DNA of 46,597 nt from Nemertoderma westbladi (GCA_032718475.1 JAUCBJ010003188.1:1-46597); one strand, 5' to 3'; counted from the stretch's first letter, positions 11,556 to 24,201 are shown. The notes: generated by a model from the sequence alone, not told the origin. Numbers and translations are program-made.

Positions 11556-12663
11556 GGTTCTGTCACGTTTAGGAAACTCAAATTCGCGTTTCGGCAACTG
11601 AACAATTACGTTTCACCAACTGCTATAGTTGTGTATCGGCAACTCGTAGTTGCATTTCGGCGAACTCAAGTCGCGTTTCGGTAACTAGATCACATTCCCT
11701 CGTATGTAATGTAACGTGACTGCACTCATTATGTAAGTAAATTATGACAAGTTTAAGTTAGTTATAGTTTTTGCGGCAGAGTTAGTTGTTAACTGTTTGA
11801 GTTAGTTAGTTAATTGTAAATATACCGCATCTGAAGTTGTGGATGTGTACTTTGGAACTGGAGTCTGTCTATCTGAAAGACAAATCCCGTTTACAACTTC
11901 CAAAATCGAGTTTTTAAGTTTCTAATACCAAGTGAAGCGCACCTTTCTGGACGGGGTAGTAACAATTAATAATCAATCAGTAATAATTAATTTCAGTTAC
12001 TATTTTGTTGAATTGGTAATTTTTTTGAAATTTTTTGAATTAATTTTTTTGAATATTTTGTTCAATGTACTACGGCCTTCAGAAATGAAACTGAAACAAA
12101 ACCTAATATATTTTGTTGCTTGTTCAAGGGGTCTAATCCAGGCATACCGGTACAATGATTATTCTTTCAAGAGGATATAGACTTCCACGAAAGGTGTAGT
12201 ATCCCTAACTCTGATTTTATGAATCAGACATAATAACAATAATATACGTTTATTGTTGGTTTGTGTAGGCCTCCGGTAATACTGTAGTCAGTAGTGTTGG
12301 AGTAGGTGTTGGTAAACTAATGTAGAATGATAATGTGAAACGTAATGAGGCAAAGGTAATAAATAATACTGATTCGCTCTACCCTATGTTGATACGATGC
12401 GATGGTGGCGTTGAGATTCCACCTATCTCTATACTGTAAGCTCTATACACTATCCAGTTGTCCTTTGTTTCGAGTTGCCGAAACGCATCTACTGTATCAG
12501 TTGCCGAAACCCATCTATTAGTTTACCTAAGCGCATCTTGTTAACAGTTGCCGAAATGCAACTATGAGTCTCCGAAATGCATCACTCAGTTGCCGAAACG
12601 CGACTATTAGGTGCCGAAAATGAACTCTAACGCTACTATCAGTTGCCGAAACGCGACAACACC
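11556..12663. mobile_element. non-autonomous DNA transposon with 8-bp TSD and GG...CC ends (Merlin- or Mutator-like MITE)
   Basis: GCTACAGC at both 11548-11555 and 12664-12671; imperfect TIR GGTTCTGTCACGTTT / AAACGCGACAACACC; arrays of (C)GTTTCGGCAACT on the left and AGTTGCCGAAAC on the right. Confidence 0.85.
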
Positions 12664-13339
12664 GCTACAGCCCATACTGCCCATTTAGAACATACAGTAG
12701 GCCTACATATTTTTTGAGCGTCGAGCAGCGGTGGTGGGCGGCTTGAAGCCTTTCAAAAAAAAACATGAAGGACATGAAGTAAAGGGAAGGACTGGTGTCT
12801 ATATTGTGTTTATTTTTGCTATTATACAAACAACTTCAGAGCCGTTATAAATTTTATACATGTAGGCGTACCCGGGGTCCATGGCACTGGTGTGTATTTT
12901 TAGCAAAACCCCAGGATGATTACCAGGAATGGATCTATTTTATTAGGCGCTTTTTCTAATTGATTCTAGCTACAGTAGTGCAGTATAATACGTAATATTA
13001 CAGTACTGTAGCTAGCTAATTGCAAATAATGGCGGGGTTGTAAGCAGAACCCAGCCCTGCGATCGTGTCTCTCTGCAGTAGGTAAAATATGTATTGTGGA
13101 AAAAGTAGGCCTTTTACTTTGAGAAAAAGATGCTTTTATGATTTCAAGGAAATGCGGATTATAAATAAATAATACTTTTTATACTAATATTTTTTATCCG
13201 AGTTTTTAATCAGCATTTACGAGAAATATTAAAAGCATATTCCAGAATTTAGTCAAATAATCAAACCAAAAAAATATATACTAAGGTTCTAGAACATTCA
13301 CCAAATATCAAAAAATAACCCAAAAGCACAAAAAATATA

Positions 13340-14222
13340 CAGGGTGTCCCGCAAAAATTGATTCGATTTCATTTTTTAATAATTTATCTTCTTTAATAAT
13401 TAATAATATCTTCTGAAAGCCAGTATCCTAACTTAGATGTTGGTTTAAGTTTCGATTAATTTGGTTGTCATGGAAACTCAGTACACGCGTATTTGTATTT
13501 CATAATGATATTGCCCGTAGTTCATAAGTTTACAACAAATTGTTAACTGCTGTGAAAGAAATTTATGAATGATACTTATTTAAAGCAATAAATAATTTAA
13601 TCTAACATTAGTAAGTGAGATAAATAAATTCAGCATTCAAGCAGAAAAAGACAGCAAGGGAAATCCGGAGCAAGGAAGTTTTTTTTCAACAATTTTTGCA
13701 TTACATAACTTTCGCCGCCCAGAACCCGTCTTACGAAGTAAAGTTTTCTCACTTTCAAACTTCTTAATTAAACGTGAAATGTCAATGTTAGTTGGTAGGG
13801 ACTCGCACACCTGAATATTCGTGGTTAAACTTCATTGAAGTCAATTTAAAAGAGCTTGTCTGATAGTAAGTTCTGACAATAAAAACTTTTTGGTCTCCAG
13901 TAAACATGTTTAGAACATTGTACGCCTATCACTAGTAAACACATCGTATAAATGAATTAAACAACGTAATCTCCATAGCAACTACAGTACATGTTATTAC
14001 AAGTTGACGAATTATGGAACCTAAAAACTTCTTATAAGGGAAAACTGTGGGTAAATATAAATACATTTACTGAGTTTCCATGAGAACCAAAATTATCGAA
14101 AATTAAACCAACATCTAAGTCAGGATACTGGCTTTCAGAAGATACCAAGAAATCGCATTTTCATCCGCATTTCAGCGAGTCATTAAAAATTGAAATCGTA
14201 TCAAATTTTGCGGGACACCCTG
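13340..14222. mobile_element. Tc1/mariner-type MITE, TA TSD, ~145 bp imperfect TIRs
   Basis: TA|CAGGGTGTCCCGCAAAA...TTTTGCGGGACACCCTG|TA; 13409-13483 is inverted at 14068-14142. Confidence 0.9.
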
Positions 14223-14392
14223 TATATTCGAATATGGTCGAAAGGCCATTCGTAATACAAGGGCTGCTCATAACATTCTAGAATACCTCGATCAGCTGAT
14301 ACTACAAGTCATACTTTTTGGCATATTATTATTGTTACATTATGCCAACTTATCAGCGTTCTGGTGAATTAGTCGTAACTCTATAAGGTACC

Positions 14393-14432
14393 ACTTTGCA
14401 GCGTTGCGGCCTAGGACGGAACGCTGCAAAGT
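14393..14432. repeat. 13-bp-stem hairpin, probably a TE terminal remnant
   Basis: ACTTTGCAGCGTT-N14-AACGCTGCAAAGT. Confidence 0.5.
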
Positions 14433-15164
14433 AATCAATAACCTGGAAACAACTTCAATTACCGTATTCCAGAATGTATTATTTTCATTTATGTTAATGC
14501 GAGCTGCTTAATTATCCAGTTTGCAGTGCAGTGACGAGACTAGCTACAACTGTATGTAAATAATTGTTTATACTGTACAGCAGTACAGTATACTGTATTC
14601 CATTATGTCGAAATGTCCGATAGAAGACACTAGAGAAAATGACCAAAGAAAATGGCGACAGTATTCAGTAAAACTGAACGGACATTAACAGTGACTAAGT
14701 TTGCTTCAGTCGACAAAAGTCAAGATGGATTAGCGATTTATCACATCCATGCAGGAGATAACTTCCAATAAACTTTAATTAGATATAAATGTAATAACTA
14801 TAATACTGTGTATATTCTGTAGTATAAAATGAGTTTAATAATGTGGTATTATATAATAATAATAGTAGTTTTTAGTAGATGCTCTGACGAGAGATCAGCT
14901 ACAGTAGATGCTCTTGATATACACCAGAGAAAAATAATTCGAGGTCTGCTTCATTTGGGAACATACGTTACTACAGTAATCGCGCAGTTTCTTTCCTACT
15001 CGATACCAGACCATAATATAATCTCTACGGATTAATTTATATCATGCATTAGCTCACTGCAACGTGCTGCTGCCTGTCCGAATAACACGTTTAATGAACT
15101 TCTATGTTTGGCTTTGATGAGACAATGCAGTTCTGACAGATATAATGGGCTTGTAAAAGGTCTG

Positions 15165-15630
15165 TAGCATGCAAGCTTTTCTTGTAAACGTATGATTCGT
15201 GGTGTCTCGATTTGGTCTAATGTTTTTCCATATGAAATATGGATGGATATGAAAGGTTTGTGGTCTACAATGAGCTTAAAATGAACCCGATGAAGAAATA
15301 ATTTGCTCTTGTGAGTGGCCCATCCTACGCCAAGAAGTTATATTACAGTAGCTGAGTATCTCGATTCAGTTGTCGTCAATGTTCTAGAACCGCACTGCAG
15401 TAACTTCCATATACCTGCTTGGTCTTGTTGCCATAATGAAAATCCTAGACATTTTGATTGTGCTGCATCGGTTTCTAACAGTAGTGGAGCGTCGGGTATA
15501 AAGTTAGTGAGTACTCTCGGGGACATAAGGATCTCTATTATTGATTTAAAAGCCTTTCTTTGGTCTGCTTCCAATATAAACCAAGACTTATGCGAGATTA
15601 GAGCCATGAGAGGTTCTGCTGAGCTGAGTC
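15165..15630 (-). pseudogene. Ty3/gypsy RT-connection/RNase H fragment
   Basis: AEPLMAL...LLLETDAAQSKCLGFSLWQ..WKLLQCGSRTLTTTESRYSATVI*LLGVGWA..FKLIVDHKP..KTLDQIETPRIIRLQEKLACY; stop where a conserved Glu is expected. Confidence 0.85.
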
Positions 15631-16944
15631 ATTCCAGCCAAAATCGACAAATGTCGGTGGCACTATCTCTGAGATTTGGTTCAAAATTATTTTATATGTT
15701 GCAAATAATGTTAATATAAATCGCTGAAAATTTTAGTTGATTTTAATTATTAGATCAGAAGTTATGGCTGGTCAAAGTTGGCAATTCCAGAAATTCAGTC
15801 CAAATTAAATTCAAATTATTTATGGTCTACATGCCGGGACATTGCTAAAAACAAGTTTATAGGAAACATGGATAGCATTTTAATAGTATACAATGAATTA
15901 TGACTTGCCCAATTTGTAGACCAAGAAGTAAAGCACTTTGAATTTGGTAAAAAATTAGTGAAAATTTCAAAATAAGACAAATTTAAAACCTTAATTTAAA
16001 CAGCCCACATCAAAATAAAATAAAAACAATGAAGTTTGAATTTATAATTTAACGTGTCATTTGTACTTCTAGTCTGTTATTTTTTCTAAAACAGAAAAAA
16101 ATGTTGTCGCTAGTTCAGTTTAAAAAGTACGAAATCATAGCGAAACTTACAAAAATTAAAAATGGTCTACAAAATATTTAAGCGTTGAAAAACTCAAAAC
16201 TAACTCCTTATACAAATATAAATTAATCCTGAAAATTTGAAGTTTGGCCCATTATTAGTTCTTTTGTAATTTAAGAATTAATTTTAGCAGAAACTAACCG
16301 AATTTAATCTCTTAAGATATCTTTGTAAGACTTGTGGTTTGTCGGCATGTTGCAGCTCAAAGGTATCTGGGCTAGTGATTGGCAGGGACTAACAACAGCG
16401 GGATGCCTATAGGGTAGGTAGTAGAGCTGCCGTCTCTCTCTCTATGCAGAGTAGGCCAACTCAAGTAATATGGGTGAATGGTTGTATGGCTTGCATCAAT
16501 GGGACATAGACCAAGTCGTGGTTTAGCTTAGTCAAGCTTACATGTTTGTAACTTTATTTCGGAAATTTATTTACAGTTAATAAACAATTTAGAATAAAGA
16601 CTATTATAAGAAGAATTAATACATACTAAATTAACTTTGGAAACATATACTCATATGTAACACAGCATTATTACAGTTCAATAAATTTTGGTATACAAAC
16701 AGACACGTTGTGGGTACCAGTAGTCCCGCTAATATACACTGAGGAGATCGAAGTAACGCAAATGTTAAAAATCCGAGTACTGTAGTTACAGAATTACAGT
16801 ATGTCAATAAGAAAAAGTAGTGCAGTCATTGTGATAATATTAATTGCTGGTTGATTATTTTGAAATTAAATTATACCAATGTAATAATGCAATGTAATAC
16901 TTGTGTAATATTTTGTATTAATATTTAATAAATAATTAGTACCT

Positions 16945-17100
16945 CAAGATCTCAGAGCCATAACTTTGTGAATGAAGAGTGACAGATTCAAGAGTTCTGG
17001 CGTGAAGGCCTGAAATTGTTGGATAAGGCCACAGAGTGACCTCACATCAGTAGTTGACTTGGGCTCTGGGAAGTTTCTGAGTGCACTTGTTAGGGAAGGG
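16945..17100 (-). pseudogene. Ty3/gypsy RT thumb fragment
   Basis: manual translation SALRNFPEPKSTTDVRSLCGLIQQFQAFTPEL fits the gypsy A..FP.P....VRSF.G motif. Confidence 0.7.
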
Positions 17101-17109
17101 TTACTGTAA

Positions 17110-17919
17110 CACTATAACCATTTTGGTTGACAACATATAAAAAATTTTTTTTTTTTTTCTACAAATCTTAATGAGATTGCATGAAATTTGAAACAGAGAT
17201 AGTTTTAACTCCCTCCTCCTTGCTGGGTGAGCCAAAATTTTTATTTTTGCTTTCATTCTTTAGCTACAAGCGTTTGAAATAGGTGTCTCCGTCGGTATTG
17301 CGCCATTTAAACCGCAGTTATTCTTCAAACTTATAGCGATTTGTTGATATTGACCGACAGCGGGCCATGAAAGGATTCCAAATATGATCACAATCTGAAT
17401 TTGGCCGTAAAATAGCTGAGATATGAGCGTTCAAATGTCGCATGATTTAGCATCTGCGCGAGGCTATTTTATTCTATTTAATTAATAATCCATATTCTAG
17501 AACACTTAGTTTATGTACGAATAGCTATGCAATAGTATGAATACAGAGTGATTGCATTGTTGCCCAGCTACGTATGGGATAAACAACATGTTCTAGAATA
17601 TGGTGTATTTTTTTAATATAATAAAATAGCCTTGCGCAGGTGTAATACCATGTAACTTTAGAACGCCCAAACAATTCGCTATATGGTTGAAGAATAACTG
17701 CGGTGTAAGTGGTATAATACCGACGGAGACACCTTTTTCAAACGCTTGTAGCTAAAGAATGAAAGCAAAATTAAAATTCTAGCTCACCCAGCAAGGAGGA
17801 GGGAGTTGAAACTATCTCTGTTTCAAATTCCATGCAATCTCATTAAGATTTGTAGAAAATTTGGGGGGGGGGGGCAGGTACCTGAATAACGAAACTACTG
17901 TATATTCCAGGACATGGTG
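17110..17919. mobile_element. foldback-type non-autonomous DNA transposon (near-complete palindrome)
   Basis: 17155-17345 is inverted at ~17670-17859 at high identity; inner arms tattctagaa/ttctagaata; right end CATGGTG|TA; left terminus uncertain. Confidence 0.85.
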
Positions 17920-18339
17920 TATAAATGAAATTACATTGTTATGTATTTAATAAATTGAGTAATAAATAATGTCTTTCTGTGGATGCAAAATAATGCAACA
18001 TTTGAAGGCCTATCTGAGCTATTTCGCAAAGCAAATGGGCCTACATACGGTATGTTTTTTGCATATTTGAATTATCTTTCATTTTCTTTTTTTTGACTTG
18101 TTTTATCTTTTTTTTCTCCTTTGAGTTATCTTTTCAACGGTGCCAATCACTATAGGTTAACCTTATTAGTACTGGGCTATAAAAAGTTGTACAAATACAG
18201 GGGGGGGGGGGGGGGGGGGAGTTGGGATTTTTATATTTAAAATATATAAATTTTAATGATAAAATCTGATTTTTTGTTTGTACGTAGATTGTATGTACTT
18301 TATGTTGTTGTTTTTTGTATGTACTAGTCTGAATCAAAA

Positions 18340-18915
18340 CAAAAAAATATACTGGTTTGGTTATTTTGCAGCACCAAAATTTCAAGTTGTGAACAATTTT
18401 CAAAAAAATTTAAAGTTACACTTTTCAGCTAATCATTTTTCAAAAAATGTTTTTTGGGACGCTGAATCCATTGGAATATATTTAAAAATAATCTGATTAC
18501 TATAAATGGCTGTTTTAGTCCTTTACGTAGGCAATAAATGCTGAAAAACAAGTAACGAGCACTTTTCAATTTGAACAGAAACATTTTAATTACAGTAGAT
18601 TACTGTAGACGACGCTATAAATTCACATTTTCAACTTTTCTGGGGCGTTGAATCTAATGGAATACATTTCTAATTTTCTAGATCATTGTTACTCGTAATT
18701 TCTGCGTAGGCCTAATATCAATGGCACATTTTGGTGCTATTTATAGCACCAAAAAGTACAAGTTTGAGATGGCCAGTGCTGTTTTTATTGATTCCATCGG
18801 ATTCAGGACCCTCATAGACCCGTATAAATGCATATATTTGATACAAGTTTGCTACAAGTTTGAGATGTCTAGTTAGATAATTATCGATTCCATTGAATTC
18901 AGAACCCTCATAAAA
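18340..18915. repeat. degraded TE with direct and inverted internal repeats
   Basis: ggg.cg.tgaatc.a.tggaat at ~18456 and ~18642; inverted attcca..g.attcag.accc at ~18790 and ~18887. Confidence 0.45.
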
Positions 18916-19212
18916 CTCTAAAGTCAATTGAATGGATTTTCAAAACTCCGTGCTGGTACGAAATTTCGCACACAGCAACGAAAAATACAAGTTTATTTGA
19001 TATGAATTCCATCTAATTGCAAACACCAAAAAATCGGTGTAACGATATAGATTGGAGGAGAATAAAGATGAGTTTGAGTATTAGATAACAATTATTTACA
19101 AATTATTTAATATTAGTTAAACGGGCGATGTACCGAAATGAAGATGTTGCAGGACATGGTAGATGATATGTTTATCGAAACTACATAAAAAAATAATTCA
19201 ATTTCTAAACGT

Positions 19213-20511
19213 TCATTTGAGTTGCATAATGCACAAACCCACGAAGGTTTTCGTGCAATTGTGACACTTGCAAAGATGCAAAGTTTTAGTATTAATTGTA
19301 ATAACTTGTGCGGAATTGCACATATGTTTTCCTTTGCACCGCGGTTGGATGGACATATTTTCAAACACGGTCGCTCCTAAGAATTTAATAAGATCGTAGT
19401 AGAAATGTTTGGTGCACTCGTGGCACTTGGAATTCATGAAGTTGGCGGCTGTTATTGGTGAGACACCCGCCTTTCTGTTTTTGGAACAACAATTCTTGTC
19501 TCCCCGACAACCGGTACTGGTGAACCCGTCCAGCACAGACTCCTCCCGATCCTTCGCCGACTCGGGGGCCTGATCGATCTCCTCGGTAACTACGGCAATG
19601 AGTTCGTTAGGCTCGTCGTTCCGAGAGCGACGACGTCTAACTGACTCCCGTCGTCTTACCAATGATACTTCACCCCCATCGGTTTCCGTGTTTTGTTTCC
19701 CGCGTCGTAGTTTAACCGATCGCCGTCTCACGTTACTTTCCGCGATTTCCTCCCCGTATTGGTTGGAAGTCTCCAACGTATTAGCCAACTCATCGTCTTC
19801 CGTAATTACAGTTATTCCCGAATCAACCGTCGAAGATTCTTGGCACATTCTACCATCATCAAAGGCGTACGAATGCGATGTTCCGCAACTGCTATTCCCG
19901 TTTTGCCCGTAACTAAGCAACGAAGACGCTACCGAAGTCTGGCTTTGCTGTTGTTTGATAGGCGGAAAGAGAACTTCAGCAGTACATGACATAGATCTAG
20001 CTGATTTTGGATGTTTTTCTAATACAAGAGAGGAACGTCTAGAGTTTGGCACTGAATTGGCATTTCCATCCCTTTCAATATTGTTCTCAAATTCCGAGTA
20101 AGTTAAACTAGTTTCCCGCCATAAAGCCTTGTAATCGACTTCCTTTTCAGAAGTTATTGGGGTGGCTGTTGTGTACAGTAGATTGTTAGCTTGGGGCTCG
20201 TTAACACAATTATCTGACGGTTTACTAGGCCTACTAACTTCTGATATGAAATCGGTTTCCACTCCACTGGTATCTGGATGTAGGTCCTCACATAATGTGG
20301 GACTATCTCTCGGTACATTAGTTTCAGTTTCGTCTTCTACGTTACTGTGGTGAATGTCTTCTTCAGTTCTTTCATTCTTCGGTTCTTCTTCGGTTTCGTG
20401 TTCGATAATAACGTTGTCCTCTGCTATCTGAAACTGTAGTATGTTTCCAAAAGGCCAAGTAATAATACGCCACGCGCATGTAATGTAGTCCGAAATTATG
20501 TTGAGTATCAT
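19213..20511 (-). CDS. orphan protein, 432 aa from the first ATG: Trp-containing amphipathic N-terminus, acidic/Ser-rich disordered middle, Arg-rich NLS-like motifs, tandem Cys/His-rich C-terminal domain
   Basis: 1.3 kb ORF (track start at 20556 is TTG; first ATG 20509-20511 in AAAATGA context); RRRSVKLRR and RRRESVRRRRSR; domain shared with 10163-11185. Confidence 0.75.
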   Translation of the reverse strand: MILNIISDYITCAWRIITWPFGNILQFQIAEDNVIIEHETEEEPKNERTEEDIHHSNVEDETETNVPRDSPTLCEDLHPDTSGVETDFISEVSRPSKPSDNCVNEPQANNLLYTTATPITSEKEVDYKALWRETSLTYSEFENNIERDGNANSVPNSRRSSLVLEKHPKSARSMSCTAEVLFPPIKQQQSQTSVASSLLSYGQNGNSSCGTSHSYAFDDGRMCQESSTVDSGITVITEDDELANTLETSNQYGEEIAESNVRRRSVKLRRGKQNTETDGGEVSLVRRRESVRRRRSRNDEPNELIAVVTEEIDQAPESAKDREESVLDGFTSTGCRGDKNCCSKNRKAGVSPITAANFMNSKCHECTKHFYYDLIKFLGATVFENMSIQPRCKGKHMCNSAQVITINTKTLHLCKCHNCTKTFVGLCIMQLK

Positions 20512-21554
20512 TTTGGATAAATCATGACAATATAAATACCGTTTGTTAGTGGACAACTAAGTAAACCATTCGCTAAAGATTTAAAATTAAAATAATTCAC
20601 ATATGAATAATTAAATGAACAATAAAGTATTCACCAATAAATAATAAGTAACTGATTTAGAATCCACCAATGAACATAATATGAAATGCAAACAATGCAA
20701 CGTTTCGCGTTAGTAATTAAATTAATTTTTTAATGTAGAGGGTCTATTAGTTGATTTATACGATTATAAAATGCAGGTGCCAAGTCTACCTAAGGCCTGG
20801 AGCTATGCCTTTTATTCACTCTATTGGCGAAGTAAAGTGTTTACAAATAGTTTGGTGGTATAGTCATTCTTTAGTTAAGTATCATATCCCCACATGCATT
20901 TATAACACCCGCCGATAGATTTCACTGTGTCACCGTCATTTAAGTATACGCAAGTTTTGTCTCCCACAGATGGACGCAGTGGAGTAGATAGTAACACTAC
21001 TAGCTCGAGCGAGCTCGAACATGCGAGATGGTCTTAATCCCGATATTTATGTAACACGATTTAGTTATACGGCTTCGCCGATGGCAAAAAGCAATCAGAG
21101 AACTACTGATCCATAAGAAACGATCTTATAAAGTTTATCTTAAATCTTATAAAATTACATAGTTTGATGTTAGGGTCTCTCCTACCACCACTTTTTATGA
21201 CATTCAAATTTTGCTCTGGTAAATCTGGTAAACGGCGCGGTTAACTCTATGCAGTACGCACAAAATCACCTTAATATAACCACACTTTTCAGAATTAGCA
21301 CACACCATCACCCACCCCAATTTTTTTAATTTATCATTATAGCGCTGATTTCCATCTTATAACCTGCACAAATACTAATTTGTTTATTGTTTTGGTAAGA
21401 TTCAGCTGTTCTGTAACAAGGGTTTTTATTGACATCGTGGTATTCTTCACATGGGGGTAACTGCTAAGTGAAATATAACGGTAGAAAGTGTGGAATTCTT
21501 CACATGGGCGGATTTTCCCCTGGAGATGTTTGAATTTGATTGCGTACGACAACA

Positions 21555-21597
21555 AACTAAGCTTCCTAAAATAGTTACTATTTAAGGAAGCTTAGTT
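21555..21597. repeat. 43-bp near-perfect palindrome
   Basis: AACTAAGCTTCCTAAAATAG-TTA-CTATTTAAGGAAGCTTAGTT. Confidence 0.8.
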
Positions 21598-22806
21598 ACC
21601 GGTATCTCAATTCCCAATGATAAATAAAGCAGAATTACAAATAGTAACTATTGCATAAATTATATTTAAATTAAACGAAGCGAAAACTATTCCATTACAA
21701 AACCAAAGCACAATAAGGAGCAATGCAACTTATATTTATAAATAAACACGTTAATGAAATAAAAATTATTACAATACAAAATAGTAACCTTGAGTTAAAC
21801 AATACCTATATAACACTTTATTTAACCTAAGGCCAATTCAATCAATATCAAAAAGTTGTTAGTGTAAGTTATTTTAATTTCAAATAAAGATTATATTATG
21901 ATATTATATTATTATATTAATTAAATTATTTAACTAGGTTAAATAAAGTCCTAATTGTAAAGTCCTACTGAAATTTATCATTCAGAAAATCATAATTGTT
22001 TTGACATGATGCAAATCCTTCCTTCCAAAACTCAGATTTATATTTTGTTATATTGTATATATTTTTAATTTATATTTTTTACACCCCCATTAATCGCTAT
22101 AAAACTATTCCCACGCCATTTAATTATAAATTGAAATAAAATATAGGACCGAAAAATGAATTTCTTCATTATATTTTTGAATTAAAAATATAATTTTCAT
22201 CAATAATTTGAACAAGCTCACCAATCTGCCGGATTCATTGCGCGTGTTTTACCCCAAAAATTGCGTCCTCCGTTTCTGGGTGTTATAGTGTGACAAAGTT
22301 CGACACGATATTAGCACAAATTTTAAATTTTTACCGGGTAGCATTTTCAAGGTTTCACACCCCTCATACACAGAAATTCCGACTTTAGTTTGGGGAGAAT
22401 TTTCACTCCACCTATAAATTTTACGTAGACAAATCCCATAATTTAATTCTGGAGCATAATAAACTTGTTTTTGAGTTTGCAAACAGGAAAGTGGTGCCAT
22501 AAATAATTTAAATAATATGTTCTAGAATTATGGTTTCTCTATGAAAACTGTAGACAAAGAAATAGCTGCATTTTTGAGTGCTGAAACTAAATAATAAAAG
22601 CTAAAATAGTACGATTTTTTATACTTGAAATTTACATTATAAAAGAAATATGAGTGTAATATTATGGCCAATTTCACAACTTAATCTCCTTCGAGGTTTG
22701 TACTTCTGAGTTTGTACAAATTTTTGTTTGTTCTAATAAAACGGTTTTCGAAAATTTAAAAAAAATATCGAACGACGTAAAAGTAAAGACTTGTCGAGAC
22801 TCAACT

Positions 22807-24201
22807 TCAATCTTTGTAGTCTGTCCCCCAGATGAAGTAAGACTGATTGTCGTGTAACGTCCCACTTAGATTGGATGAGTCCTGAGCCACCGATGTGAGA
22901 TGAACCGAATTCAACCAGGATGAGTAAACATCCAGACTGAGACACCATCCCTGCTCCCCAGTCAGTACAGAGACACCGTCGCTGGGAGCGGGTCGGGAAG
23001 ACTGCCTACTAAACAGCCTCCCTACGGCGGCCAATAGACCCAAAGGGTATTTTATATAGGAACCGTTGAATATAGTAAGAAGGTCAGTACATGTGTAGTG
23101 AGTGGCTTCCTTAATGGTGACAACGTTGCTGGCTAACGACCCACGATGCAGTCCATGGTCCAAAACCGCCAACTTTCTCTGGAACACTCGAATTCCCTCG
23201 AGGTTTATTCTCCATTGGAATTTTTCGTAGTTGAGAAACATCAGCGGTTTCTCGCCGAGTTTGGACAACTTCCGTGCTTCTTCGTGGACAGGGTACATCC
23301 ACGCGTCGAAACAGAATGCCGATGTGAAACACTCGTAGGTCTGTAACGCTCTCACCGCCGTGGCACCACCGAACGAGTGCCCACTCAGACTAACTCCTTT
23401 ACTAAAGTCCAACCTATTCCGCCATCCATCCAAAACAAATTCTTCCTTCTCATCGAAAGGTATGGATATTTCGTTTAAACGTTGTCCAGAATTCAAATTC
23501 CTCATAAGATCAAAAGCGTTTTTACATTCACGACTCCGCGTGCAGACTTGCGTGTTTCTCGTTGCGTAATTCTCGGTTTCTAACCGCAACGCCTTGAACC
23601 AGGTCAATCCGCCAGCTGCGTCTAGTTGCCGTGCGAGACAAGCGGACCCGTCGGCATGCTCTATAGCCGCTACCACGTAGCCTTTCGACGCCATTTCGGA
23701 GCAGAGCAGAGAGTAAGTTGTGCGACAACCGCCGTTGCCATGAGAAAATATGATAAGGGGAAACTGTGTAGGATTATCATCGTTTTTGGCAATCGATGCG
23801 TTTTGAATAACCGGACATAGAGGGTTGCAGGACACCCAAGTGCCCACACGGCCCATCCACTGCGGACGATCCCTGGCCGACTTCATGTTTACATAAGCTG
23901 TAGCGTAGTCTGGCTCTGGAAACCAGTTCGGCCATCGATCGACTTGGGATTTCAGATAAGCTTCCTTATCGTCAGCAGTTTCGTGGAACAGATGCGGGAA
24001 GTAGAGTCGTAAGAAAACCTCTTTGTTTGCGAGATCGGCGCATCCCACAGAGTAGTGGCCCGAGGATACTGGGAGGTAGACACGGTTTCGGATCGTAGAC
24101 GCTTTTCTCGAAGGCACCATGTTCGTTGCTGGTCTATTCCAGTTGCAATTTTCTACTGTAGTAGCGCAGCCCGGCGTGTGCTGTACTTTTCTCCCTGGCA
24201 T
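22807..24201 (-). CDS. PAFAH2: platelet-activating factor acetylhydrolase (PAF-AH II / Lp-PLA2, group VII PLA2 family), uninterrupted ORF
   Basis: YSVGCAD, FLRLYFP, FPLIIFSHGNGG.RTTYS, LC.EMASKGYVVAAIEHADGSAC; nucleophile GHSFGGAT; Asp in FDAWMYP; His in TIKEATHYTCTD. PAFAH2 vs PLA2G7 orthology cannot be resolved by eye; the true start may be MVPSRK (~24117). Confidence 0.92.
   Translation of the reverse strand: MPGRKVQHTPGCATTVENCNWNRPATNMVPSRKASTIRNRVYLPVSSGHYSVGCADLANKEVFLRLYFPHLFHETADDKEAYLKSQVDRWPNWFPEPDYATAYVNMKSARDRPQWMGRVGTWVSCNPLCPVIQNASIAKNDDNPTQFPLIIFSHGNGGCRTTYSLLCSEMASKGYVVAAIEHADGSACLARQLDAAGGLTWFKALRLETENYATRNTQVCTRSRECKNAFDLMRNLNSGQRLNEISIPFDEKEEFVLDGWRNRLDFSKGVSLSGHSFGGATAVRALQTYECFTSAFCFDAWMYPVHEEARKLSKLGEKPLMFLNYEKFQWRINLEGIRVFQRKLAVLDHGLHRGSLASNVVTIKEATHYTCTDLLTIFNGSYIKYPLGLLAAVGRLFSRQSSRPAPSDGVSVLTGEQGWCLSLDVYSSWLNSVHLTSVAQDSSNLSGTLHDNQSYFIWGTDYKD

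Noticed and set aside
19485-19512. CRGDKNCC as an integrin-binding RGD loop (also at ~10500-10528)
   Set aside because: No clear signal peptide, NLS-like motifs are present, and the second unit lacks RGD; an intracellular Zn-binding role is more plausible, though not proven
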